Shown here: positions 23,950-35,042 of the stretch, piece by piece
Layout: the number at the start of each line of letters is the position of its first letter
Position numbering within the stretch: the first letter of the stretch is position 1
Assembly: GCF_000372725.1 (NCBI RefSeq)
Contig: NW_005201984.1
Coordinates: forward strand, 248,001-312,000
Reading direction: 5' to 3'
Length of the DNA: 64,000 nucleotides
Source: Emiliania huxleyi CCMP1516
Lineage: Eukaryota
Notes under the pieces: generated by a model
Told to the model about the DNA's origin: nothing
What the model saw: the letters and a program-made list of their open reading frames with translations, nothing else
Database searches by the model: none
Position numbers and translations under genes: made by a program

Positions 23950-25723
23950 ATGTCGATCGGCATCCTGAGCCGCTTGAGAGGAGCCTGCTCGACACGGGTC
24001 GGCCTTAGCTCGGCTGCAGCGGCTGCGGCGGCGGTGGCGGCATCGGCGCTCGTGCAGCAGCAGCAAGTGCCGACTGCATGCGCGAGCGCCGACGTGCTGG
24101 TGATGAGTGGCGATTGCGGCGGGACCAACACTCGGCTGACGCTCTTCAAGGTGCCGGCCTCGCACAAGCTCGAGATGGGAAAGCCGCCCCCCGGCGAGGT
24201 GATATTCAGCAAGAAGTACCTCAACTCGTCGCACCTCAACTTCACCGACGTCTGCAAAGTTTTCCTGAAGGAGGCGGGCGACACGGTGCCCGCGACGTGC
24301 TGCCTCGCGTGCGCGGGCGCCATCAGTGACAACAAGGTGACCTTCACAAACGTGAAGGACGGCTGGACGATCGATGGCGCCCTCCTCGAGAAGGAGCTCG
24401 GCATCGGCCGGGTGAAGCTCATAAACGACTTTGAGGCGCAGGGCTATGGCCTGCTCACGCTGAGCCAGGACGAAAAGGTCGAGCAGCAACCGCACACACG
24501 CGCCACCATGCACGCGCGCCATCGCCCACCACCGCCGCCGCCAGCACCCACAGCACACACCTCACGCCGCCGCCGCCGCCGCCCAAACTCGTCACCTCGG
24601 CCACGCCACTGCCGCAGGTCAACCTCAACGGCGGAGTGCCAAAGCCGGGCGCTCCGATCGCGTGCCTCGGCGCGGGCACGGGGCTGGGCGAGTGCTACCT
24701 CACCGCCGACGCGAGCGGCCGGTAACGCAGCGACTGCTCCCTTCTGCCGAGCTGTGGGGCAGCGTCTCTTCACACGTGGAGCTGTGAACAGGTACACTTG
24801 CTTCCCCTCGGAGGGCGGGCACGCCGAGTGCGCGCCTGCGCTGCTGCGGCTCCTCCCGCCGCGGCGCGCGCGAATCAACGCGTCACTCCATTCGTTCCTC
24901 AGGTACGCGCCGATCGACGACCTGACCCACGATTTGCGCGACTGGATGATGAACAAGTTCCTCTTCACCGGCGACAACAAGGGCCGCCACAAGGAGGACG
25001 GCGCCTCGGCCAGAGCTGTCCCTCACCACCTCCGGACCCTGCTGCAGGCTACTACAAGAAGGGCAAGCGCGTCTCGGTCGAGCGGGTCGTCTCAGGGCCT
25101 GGCCTCGCAAACATCTACGCCTTCCTGCGCGACCACTGGGCGATGGACTAGCCGAGATCGAGCCGAGATCTCAACCTAGCCTCAGGAGGCGCACCACCGC
25201 GCTCGCTCTGCCGCTCTCGCGTGCTCGCCGACTCGCGCGTGCTTCGCTCCCCACGCCGCCCGCGCGCGAGCAGGCCTTTGTCGACTTCCGCAACGAGTTT
25301 GTCGACCTCGAGTTTTCAGAGGCGCCATGGCACATGCAGGGCGCCATCGTCGCGCGCGGCGCAAAGTCGGGCGACATCATCTGCCGCAAGGCGAGAGTCT
25401 GGGCCTCCCCCGGCGGCTGCGGGAGAGGAGCCGAGACCCCCCGAGACCGGCCTGCGGAGTAGGCGGTCAAGATCTTCACGGAGAGCTATGGCAGCGAGGC
25501 GGGCGTCGCGGCGCTCAAGTGGATGCCCAAGGGCGGCCTGTACATCTCTGGAGGCATCGCGGCGAAGAACCCGGAGTGGATCAAGTCGGAGGCCTTCTAC
25601 GACGCGTACAAGAACAAGGGCCGCCTCTCGCCGATGGTCGAGTCGGTGCCGCTCTACCTCGTCCTGACGGAGGACACGGGCGAACGCGGCGCCCTCTTCG
25701 TGGCCGTCGGCATGGTGGCCTAG
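23950..25723 (+). CDS. glk: Glucokinase (bacterial-type Glk family), multi-exon
   Basis: SGDCGGTNTRL, INDFEAQGYG, LGAGTGLGE, PSEGGHAEYAP, SVERVVSGPGL and GGLYISGGIA across about 7 exons. Confidence 0.93.
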
Positions 25724-26081
25724 TGTGGGGCATATTGAGCACGCGCGTGCTGGCATCAGGCTGCGCAGCGGTCGAGGAGAGAGCTGCGAGAGCCGAGAGG
25801 AGAGAATGGTCACCCGACCGACTCGTTCTAATGTATAGGATCTCTCTCTAGAAGAGCGGGCTGCGCCACTAGTACTGTATCTCTAGAAGACGCGGCCCCC
25901 AAAACCATTGTTTGTTTCAATCACATGACGAGAAGTGAAAGCGAGAGCTCAGGCTCGCTCACAGGCACGTGCGTGTGATCAGAGAACTGTAGCGCGCGCA
26001 GCCGCCGCGGGCGCCGGTCGCGAGAGAGTGCCCTGTCCACACGCAGGGAGACGGGAACGAAGGGGGCGCCTCTTCCCTCCT

Positions 26082-27920
26082 CTAGCCGTACGAGTACGTC
26101 CCCCCTCCTGACTGCAACCTCGACCCATCGAGGGGCGTCGCGCTCGGCCACGGCTCGTCGTGGCAAGCGCCCGAGTCGACACCGAGGTACGTGTTGTGGT
26201 CGAGCCAAGTGAGGCTCTTGCGCGGCAGCGACGAGGAGCAGAGCGGGTTCGGGTCCGAGGCGGTCGACGCGTCCTGCGCGGCGAGGGAGGAGAGGGGTCG
26301 CGTCGAAGGCAGCAGCGGCGAACGGCGCATCTCGGCATGTCTCGGCGCGTCTCGCGGAGCTGCAGCTCGCCTCCTCGCTAAAGACGCCCGAGCTGTTGCA
26401 GAAGAGCGCCTTGGCCGGGTCCGGATCCCCCGCCACCGGCAGCCACACCTCCTGGCCTGGATGGGCGTACTGCCTCCAGCCGCCCGCCGGGCACGGGATG
26501 CTGAGCTGCAGGCCGGTCGCCAGGAGGTTGGGCGCGTGCACCGCTGCATCGTGGCTGTTGACCACGCGCAGCAGCACGTTGGCGCGCTCGTCGAGGCCGG
26601 CGTCCACCAGGTCGGCGAACTGGCGGTCGCCCGCCATTGGGCTCGCAAAGGTGACGAGGAGCGGCGCCGCCGCCTCCGGCCGCTCGAAGAAGAGGTTGAC
26701 CTCCGGCGGCGAGGGCGGCGGCGGCGGCGGCGGCGCGGGCGCCTCGGCGGTGGCGACGCAAGTGTGCACGTCAAAGGCGGGCATGGTTGCGGGGCACGGG
26801 TCCTGGTCGTCGCTGCAGGAGGGGCGGCCGAGGCAGCAAACGGTGGGGAGGAGGGGCTGGGGGCAGGAGAGGGCAAGAGAGGCGGGAGAGGCAACCTGCC
26901 CTGCTTGCAGCACGCGCCGCCCTGCCCACAAAAGGCTGGGCACGCGCCCGCCCCGCCGCACGCCGCCCAGCAGTCGCGCAGCGGCGGCGGGCGGCGCGGC
27001 TCGCCTGCGAGCGGGCGGCGGTGGCGGTCGGTCAGCGGTGGCCCTCGGCGCGCGAGCCGGCTGGAGGCGCGACGAGCGCCACCGTAGAGAGCGTCAGCAA
27101 CAAAGAGGGAGGCGAGGGCACCGCCCGCGCTGTGCCCCGTCACAACCAGCCTGTATTGCGGGTGCTCCGACAGAGCCTGCACGGCCGCGGCCCACACGCG
27201 CCCCCGCAGCTTTGAGTATCCCAGCCCCCACCCGCGGTGAATCCAGGCGCCGCAGCCACCAAAGCGGTACTGCTCCGTCCAGCACTGAAGGTTGCGGCCC
27301 CACGCGCCGAGGTTGCCGTCGACCGAGCCGCGGAAGGCAACCACCACCCACTGCAGCGCCTCGTGCACCCCAACCAGCGCGAGGAACGAGCCGCCGTCCG
27401 ATAACATCACCTTTGGGCGGCGGCTGAGGCCGAGCCCGCCACAGCGAGAGCAGTCCCACACCAGGAGGCGCTGCGGCGGGCAGAGGAGCGCGCCCGCGAG
27501 CGAGAGGAGGAGCGTGGCGTTGGAACCCTCCCACGTGGACCGCGCGAGCTCGGCGCGGTCGGGCGGCAGGACCGCCGCCTTTGCCACACACACTTCGCTG
27601 CTGTCGATAGCGCTGCCGCTGCGGCTGCGCCGATCGCGCGAGGGCGGCGGGCCATAATACTCGCTGCGCGTGAGCGGCGGTGTGTCGTCGTGTGACAAGG
27701 GCGGTGTGTCGTCACTGAAGGGCGGCGCGTCGTCACTGAAGCCGACAGGCCACTGCAGCACAACTGGAGACTGCAGGAACATGCCCCGCTCGCTCGGCGT
27801 GTTCACCGCCACCCGCGACGTTTGTGAGGCGAGAAGGAGCAGGGCTGTGAGGCCGAGGAGCGCCGCAGCGAGGACGAGGAACGGCGAACTGGCTAGGCGG
27901 CGAGGGGGCGGCGAGAGCAT
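26082..27920 (-). CDS. Class 3 lipase with an inserted Cys-rich segment
   Basis: VVVAFRGS, LVVTGHSAGGALASL (GxSxG), TFASPMAGDRQFA, RVVNSHD, YAHPGQEVW and DHNTYLG. N-terminal hydrophobic anchor. Confidence 0.88.
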   Translation of the reverse strand: MLSPPPRRLASSPFLVLAAALLGLTALLLLASQTSRVAVNTPSERGMFLQSPVVLQWPVGFSDDAPPFSDDTPPLSHDDTPPLTRSEYYGPPPSRDRRSRSGSAIDSSEVCVAKAAVLPPDRAELARSTWEGSNATLLLSLAGALLCPPQRLLVWDCSRCGGLGLSRRPKVMLSDGGSFLALVGVHEALQWVVVAFRGSVDGNLGAWGRNLQCWTEQYRFGGCGAWIHRGWGLGYSKLRGRVWAAAVQALSEHPQYRLVVTGHSAGGALASLFVADALYGGARRASSRLARRGPPLTDRHRRPLAGEPRRPPPLRDCWAACGGAGACPAFCGQGGACCKQGRLPLPPLLPSPAPSPSSPPFAASAAPPAATTRTRAPQPCPPLTCTLASPPPRRPRRRRRRRPRRRRSTSSSSGRRRRRRSSSPLRAQWRATASSPTWWTPASTSAPTCCCAWSTATMQRCTRPTSWRPACSSASRARRAAGGSTPIQARRCGCRWRGIRTRPRRSSATARASLARRRAAAPRDAPRHAEMRRSPLLPSTRPLSSLAAQDASTASDPNPLCSSSLPRKSLTWLDHNTYLGVDSGACHDEPWPSATPLDGSRLQSGGGTYSYG

Positions 27921-28089
27921 GCTACTGCAAGAGGCGATCCCGGGGGCCCAACCTGTCGCGAACCTGGGGCAAGCAAAAGCGAAGAAGCAAAAGAAGGCAA
28001 GTCGCAAAAAGAAATGCTCGCTATAAAGAGAAATGCTGCCAAGCTCGACTCTCCGCCTTCCCATCGAAGGCAATCGATCGTCTGGACGA

Positions 28090-29165
28090 ATGCTCCGCCT
28101 TCTCGCTCTCGCGTGCCTCTCCTCGCTCGCGGCCGCGCTGACGCCCGCATCGGCGCCGAGGGCGCCGATCAGCCGCTCCCCACGCACGGCCGCGCCCGTG
28201 GCGCAGCAGTGGGCCACCGACCAGGGCTACCAGCAGCAGGGCTACCCGCAGCAGCAGGGCGGCTACCCGGACCAGCAGGGGTACCAGGAGCAAGGGTACC
28301 AGCAGCAGGGCCAGGGCTACGCGGCAGCTCCCGCCCCCTTCGACAACCAGCCGCAGGGCCTGCCCTTTGGCTGGGTGTCTGGCGTGGACGAGGCGCGGCA
28401 CGCCCAGCGCGGTGGATGCGGCTGTTGCCCGGCTCGGGACGTGGGGATGCGGAGACGTGCCCCCCCCCCCCCCCTGCCCCGACCCGCTCTGCCCAGACGC
28501 GTGCCCTCCTTCCCCAAAGGCGAGCGGCATGACGTACTACTACAACGAGCAGACGGGACAGTCGCAGTGGGAGCCTCCTCCGGGGGCGGCGGCGGGGGCG
28601 GGGGCGGCGGGCTACGGCGGCGGCCAGTTCGCCGCGGCGGGCACCTGGCAGGTGTGCAACGCCGCGGGCACCTGCTTTGTCGTCCGGCCGGGCGAGGTGA
28701 CAACACGCCTTAGCTGCTGCGCGGCGGACCTCCCACCGCCTCCCACACCTCGGCCCACGCGAGAGAGAGAGGGGCCGCCTCGCACGACTTGATGCGCGAG
28801 AGAGACCGGTACACGCTGCGCCGAGAGCACTCTCTTGCTCGCGCCAGTGGCTCTGTCGAGGGCCCTATTGTGATCCGTGCCTCCCCCACTCACCCCCCCC
28901 CCCCTCTCAGGACCACATCATCGGCCGCAACGACCTCCCTGTGCCGAAGAACACGATCTCGCGCTCGCAGTGCCAGATCCAGGTCTCGGCCGACGGCACC
29001 GCAAAGGTGATGTCGTGTGGCAAGCCGGAGACGGGCTACGCGTCGGGCGGCCGGCCGTGGGAGTTTCTGCGCTGCTACGAGTCGCGGCAGCTGCAGAACG
29101 GCGACCTGATCAGCCTCGACAAGAACGACTTGGAGAGCGCGATGTTCACGTGCTACGTCTCTTAG
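28090..29165 (+). CDS. WW domain + FHA domain protein with N-terminal signal/transit-like peptide
   Basis: LPFGWVSGVDE|ASGMTYYYNEQTGQSQWEPP (WW) and IIGRNDL...ISRSQCQI...LQNGDLISL (FHA). Three exons. Confidence 0.85.
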
Positions 29166-29473
29166 CCGCCAACTGGCGGCGCCCGGCGCACGCGGGGCGT
29201 GCGCTGGGGCAACATGAAAGGCTTGCTGCTGTGTCGGGGTGGTAGAGGGGGAGGCTCGTGACAGAAGCCGCTCTCCTCTGCCGCGTGAAGTGGAGTTGTG
29301 TCGCTATCGGGCGCTGCGTGGTGTCGTCGTCGTTTGGAGTTGCCGGCGTCGGGGCGCCGCGCACGCATGAACTGCTGGCCATGTCGAGACGTTCTTGGGG
29401 GGGTGTCTTGTCGTATAGAGAGTAGCGCGCAGCGGCACCACCGCGCGCGGCGCGGGCGCCGGGAGCGCGGGGG

Positions 29474-30227
29474 GGGTTGTTGCACGAGTATATGGGACAA
29501 AAGCGTCGAAAATGTCCCAAAAAAGCGTGTCTCGAGTTTGTGGCAGCTCCGGAGCCAGCGCGGGCTGCCAGGACGCACCGCTCGCGCGTTCGGCACACTC
29601 GGTGGACCCCACCGAGTGTGCCGAACCAGCTGGAGTGAGTAGGCTCGATGCCGCGCTCGCTGTGGAGCTGCCACAAACTCGCCGCCGAGCGTGCCACCGA
29701 CGGCGTCCCGGCGGAGGTGATGGAGTGTGAGACCTGAGGCTGCGGAGGTGACGCCTGAGGTACCGGTCCGTGCACAGCGACTCAGCCGGCGACCGCCACG
29801 GGCTCAGACGAGACTTGTCGACTCGTTCCAGCTCAGCTTCACCGTGGTCCTCGGGCGTCTGTCGACGTCAGGACCACCCATACAGCTCGCGGGTTTGAGG
29901 TCGCAAGAGCCAAGGTGGTGGCGTTTGGACATCCCAACCATCACACAAGACAGCCTGTAGGTGATGGCGGGACGGCGCAGTGTTTGTGGCACTCGGCAGT
30001 AGGCACCCGCGGCACGGCCCCGCTGTCGGCTCTCGCGGGCTGCGGAACCGGCCCCAGAAGGGGACGGTCCGGGCGAGTGTGGCAGCTCCTGCGCTAGTAT
30101 GGGCACCCTCTATTATAGCACTACTGATCCTGGTCATTAGAGCTGCCAGGGATAGCGTCAGGAGCTGGTAGGAGTCAAAGCCCCTCATATTTGAGACATC
30201 GTGTCCCATATACTCGTGCAACAACCC
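29474..30227. mobile_element. MITE/foldback element with 26-bp perfect TIRs
   Basis: GGGTTGTTGCACGAGTATATGGGACA (29474-29499) and its reverse complement (30202-30227). GGGGG on both flanks. Confidence 0.8.
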
Positions 30228-30439
30228 GGGGGCGGTGTGGCCGCGCGCGCGCCCGGTTCTCCGGTGTCGCGGTGTGGTCTCTGGTCGGCGGAGAGCGCGT
30301 CAATGTGGTTGTCGGTGTTTCGGCCTTCCTACAGTTTCCCCCGTATAGAGTCTTAATATTGATAATTCGCCAATTCGACGAGGTCGAGAGGAGATGCGAG
30401 ATCAGAGATGCGGCGAGAGCTTTCTCTCCACGGAGACGA

Positions 30440-32536
30440 AATAAATAAATAAAAACGGACACCTCTCTACTGTGAGATGGGTAAAAAGGAACAGGTCCCC
30501 GCCCTTGCGATCTTTGTGCAGGGTTCTTTGTGGGTGTGGTCGGCGACTAGCCGGGGTCGTCCTCCCGATGGGGACTAGCATTAGCCGTCTTCCACATGGT
30601 CCCTCGGGTCCCTGCTGCTCCTAATCTCTTCGTACATCCTCCTGCTGATCTCCGCAAAGTCCTGCTCCCTCCCTCGTCTCGCCCTGCGCGTCTGCTCCAA
30701 CTCTCCCCCGTCGTCTGCCCTGCGTCGTCTGGCGACGGGTCCTCCATAGTCGGTCGAGGTCGCCGCCCTCCTCGTGCCTCTTCCCAACGTTCCCTCGGCG
30801 GCCGATGCCGTCTGGTCCGACTCCGCCGTCCCCGGGTCTGACCTGCCCTCGTCTGCACTAGCTTCTGCTTCGTCCTCACCGGCGTCTCTCCTCTTCCCTC
30901 TCCCCTTCTTGTATGCTTTGCACATCGCGTCGATTCCTTTTCGCGTGAGCACCACCCTGAAGCCCGCCCAGCAGCTGAACCGCTCCCTAAGTCGAAGGAG
31001 CATCATCAGTCTCACCCACTTTGCTCGCTGCCCACTGTCTCCGCTCCCTCCCGCTTGAGCCGCCGTCGCGGCCCTTGTTCGTCCCACTGGCTGCTGGCCT
31101 GTCTGCACGTTATCTCCGTTATCCCTCCTCCTCCGCGACTCCCTCAAGGCCGGCCGGGCCTCCTTCCACCCAGCGAAGAGCTTCCTCAGCCACTCGATGT
31201 GTTCCTCTCTCTTCATTATGCGCGCCGTAGCCTCATCATTGAGCTGGATCCACCTCTGCACCGCTCCCGTCGCCGCCTCGGCCACGACTTGCAAGTTCCT
31301 CGTGACCCCGGTGCCAAGGTCCCTTCGGTTCTTCTCCGAGAGGTCATCTACCAGTGCTGGCAACACCCCCCTGACTGCGGGAGCTAGCGCATCGTACCCG
31401 TCCTCATCCAGCACCCTATAGCGTGAGCCCTTCAGCGCAGCGACATGCGCCATCCTCAGCGTCTTCAGCGTATCCTTGGAGTCGGGTGCCGCCTGTGCCA
31501 CTTTGCTGATCGCCGTCCCTGTCTGCGCTCGCGCTACTCTGAGGAACCATCTGGCCTGCTCCCTATTCCCCAGGCAGGCGCCGCTAAGCACGTGCGCCAT
31601 TGTCGCTCTAGGCGGGTTCTCATCTTCCTCGGTCCATTGCTGCGCGGCTTTCCGCACGATCGGACACAGCGGGTCCCGCTTTAGCGCTGCCCTCCTCGCC
31701 GCGTCCCTCGCGGCCTTACAGACGAGGCAGCCCCTGAGTTCGCTCCTTGTGGCGGCGCCCGGGATCTCTCTCCCCGCCTCTCCCCGCATGATCCTCTCGT
31801 GGTGCGTTCCGTGTGGCACCCCCGCCTGCTGCCGCACCCGCGCTCCCATGACAGTCTTTGTCACCACGTTATGATCATCCACATCGGCGAATTCAATCTC
31901 GCGCTCGCCGTGTTGATCCTTGATCCGCTGGCGCTTGTCCCATTTGTGTCTCGTCGTTCCCCTGACCACATCGCTCCACAGCGGCCCCGTCACCCCTGCC
32001 GTGTGCGATCCCGCCGTGAGTCCCTCGCCGAGCCGTCCTCGCACCCACTCGTTCGTGTGGCCGCGTGTGGCGTAATAGGTCCTCCGTTCCAGTACGTCTC
32101 CCCTCCACTCTCCGTCTGCCGTCCTCTGGCGGTCCGTGTACAGGCACGGGCGTGTCCTCACTGCTTCACGGATGACGGCGGTGGCATCCTCAATCTCGCT
32201 GGCCCCCATGTATGCCGTCGCCGCGGCGTCGGCGTAGGCGTTGCTAGCGCACCCCGCGTGGCTCGGTACCCACAGGAACGTGACGGATTCGAGCTGAGCG
32301 CGATATCTGCATATCCCCTCTAATGCCGCTCCTCGATCTTTTTTCGTTTGTACGCGGTGCTGGCTTACCTGCGTAAGATGGCAACGGCGGAGGATGCGGC
32401 GGACAGGAGGTTGCCCATCATGACCTGCGTCCCGTTTCTGTCGGACAGCGCCCGTGTCCCGACCTCAAATTCGTCCCACCGCAGTAGGAAGCGCGTAAGC
32501 GGATCCTCCTGGAGTTCGGCGTCTCTTACCCACGCG
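30440..32536 (-). mobile_element. 5'-truncated non-LTR retrotransposon (family C): RNase H end, Zn-finger-like region, 3' UTR, (TTTA)n tail
   Basis: 12-bp TSD CCACGGAGACGA (30428-30439/32537-32548). In-frame VTFLWVPSHAGCASNAYADAAA upstream of the Met at 32209 (RNase H C-terminal motif). CxxC...HxLSGxC. Stop at 30581. Confidence 0.9.
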
Positions 32537-33429
32537 CCACGGAGACGAGGTGGCAGAGGCTAGTTCCAATTCACTCTCTGACACGCTGTCGCTCGAATCT
32601 TGAAAACGTCCAACGGAGCTCCGTGTTGCTCCCTGCGCCATCCCCCGCGCTCCCTGCGGCCATGGTCGATGATCCTAGTATGAGAGGTCATCTGGCTACC
32701 GCGAGAGCGACCCAGCTCGTCGATGTCGTCCGATGATGGTGCCTCAAAGTCAGCCTTCGGAGGCTATCGTGGGGTCGAGCCGGCAGTAGCCGCGACATGT
32801 GGTTCCACCACCCCTCGTAGGCTTTGCCTCTGCTCGCCACCGTTCCCAGGCTGCCTAATGGGATGAAAAGGAAGGCTGGGCGAGCGTATAGAAGCGTGCT
32901 CGACCTTGTCGTGGCAGCCTGCACGGCAGCGCTGGCAGGCGCGATGAGCGTCGTGCCACCTGACCGGAGACGGGTCGCAGGCGTCGTACCGAGCGCGTCG
33001 AAACCATGTACTGATGACATGTGCTCTGCACGGGCGAGTCACGTCGGCGTCAAAGGAGCGACGTGCGACCTGTCAGAGCTTGATCTCCGATCTCAGCGGC
33101 GTCGAGTCGTCTCCGGCGCGCGACAAAGGTACCTCCCCAGGATCGCAGCTGCCTCTGGAAGGCACCGAGAGGGGTACGAAATGGCGCAAATCAAGAGATT
33201 GTGTAATTGAGCTGTGCCACTGTGAAATGGAACTAGCCAGAGCCAGACACGAGGCACAAGCCACCTCGAGACAGAGGCAGCGCCGCCGGAGCGCAGCTCG
33301 AGCTAGAGCGCAGGGTTCCAACTCAGTCGCGCTCCCAATACGTGCATCACTTTTGTGACAGGTCTCAGACTTTGAGCGGCCATATCTCGGTAACTATTGA
33401 AAACTCTTCGGATTTGGAACGGGCGCCGG

Positions 33430-33840
33430 AAAAACGGACACCTCTCTACTGTGAGATGGGTAAAAAGGAACAGGTCCCCGCCCTTGCGATCTTTGTGCAG
33501 GGTTCTTTGTGGGTGTGGTCGGCGACTAGCCGGGGTCGTCCTCCCGATGGGGGACTAGCACTCTAGCCGTCTTCCACATGGTCCCTCGGGTCCCTGCTGC
33601 TCCTAATCTCTTCGTACATCCTCCTGCTGATCTCCGCAAAGTCCTGCTCCCTCCCTCGTCTCGCCCTGCGCGTCTGCTCCGCCTCACCGTCTTCTGCCCT
33701 GCGTCGTCTGGCGACGGGTCCTCCATAGTCGGTCGAGGTCGCCGCCCTCCTTGTGCCTCTTCCCAGCGTTCCCTCGGCGGCCGATGCCGTCTGCTCCGGC
33801 TCCCCAGTCCCCGGGTCTGCCCTGCTCTCGTCTGCGCTAG
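33430..33840 (-). mobile_element. Family C retroposon 3' fragment
   Basis: Near-identical to about 30452-30861. Confidence 0.9.
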
Positions 33841-34023
33841 TGATGCACGTATTGCGTTGGGAGCGCGACTGAACTTTTTCCGGGGTATGGTATGGTAGTT
33901 GGTACGCTCGGCCAAAACCCACCTCTTGGAAGACCTGCTTGGGGTATGGTAGGGCTAGCCTTGGGCGGTCAGGACCATACCCCGGGAAAAAAACTAAAAA
34001 GTTGCTGTTTCGTAGTTGGAACC

Positions 34024-34599
34024 GAGACTGATGATGCTCCTTCGACTTAGGGAGCGGTTCCGCTGCTGGGCGAGCTTCAGGGTGGTGCTCACGCGAAAAG
34101 GAATCGACGCAATGTACAAAGCATACAAGAAGAGGAGAAAGAAGAGGAGAGGCGCCAGTGATGACGAAACAGAAGCTAGTGCAGACGAGGGCAGGTCAGA
34201 CCCGGGGACGGCGGAGGCGGACCAGACGGCATCGACCGCCGAGGGAACGTTGGGAAGAGGCACGAGGAGGGCGGCGACCACAACCGACGACTATGGAGGA
34301 CCCGCCGCCAGACGACGCAGGGCAGAAGACGGTGAGGCGGAGCAGTCGCGCAGGGCGAGACGAGGGAGGGAGCAGGACGTTGCGGAGATCAGCAGGAGGA
34401 TGTACGAAGAGATTAGGAGCAGCAGAGACCCGAGGGACCATGTGGAAGACGGCTAGTGCTAGTCCCCCATCGGGAGGACGACCCCGGCTAGTCGCCGACC
34501 ACACCCACAAAGAACCCTGCACAAAGATCGCAAGGGCGGGGACCTGTTCCTTTTTACCCATCTCCTAGTAGAGGTGTACGTTTTATTTATTTATTTATT
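34024..34599 (+). mobile_element. Family C retroposon 3' fragment with 11-bp TSD
   Basis: TAGTTGGAACC at 34013-34023 and 34600-34610; (TTTA)n tail. Inverted copy of about 30440-31013. Confidence 0.92.
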
Positions 34600-35042
34600 T
34601 AGTTGGAACCCCCAGACGCCAGAGGGGTGAGATTTCGCCAAAAACGAAAAAGCAACTCCGCTCATTGTGCTTTTCTTGGGGGGCGCTGTCCTGTCTAGAG
34701 ACCCCCTACCTCAGTTAAGAGTAACACCGGACCACGACGCACGAGTGTGTCCCGCTGCCCCCCGTAGCCCCGTTCCTGGTCAAAATACACGGCTCCAGGA
34801 CAACCGACGGGGTCGGCCCCAACGCCCTCTCTTGGCCGGGGTACAGCGGGAGCCGACAGCTGCGCCTGCGGTGTTGCTCCCGCGGCGGATGTGACCGCGA
34901 TGTGTGGCAAGCCTCTTCTCATGCAACCTCTAGCATGCAACGTACCTATACCACCAGGCGATGGCGGGGGCCGGCGAGTCGCCGCTGTCGCGAGCCGCGT
35001 GCTCCAGTCGCCCGCCCCCCTCTCCCGAGATGAGCGCGCCAA

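Noticed and set aside
25850..25875. Helitron-like 3' end (GCGGG...CTAGT); similar at about 7890-7920
   Set aside because: No clear hairpin, 5' TC end or RepHel sequence.
29940..30010. VGDGGTAQCLWHS resembling an OTU protease motif
   Set aside because: Short ORF inside a MITE; the rest of the domain is not visible.
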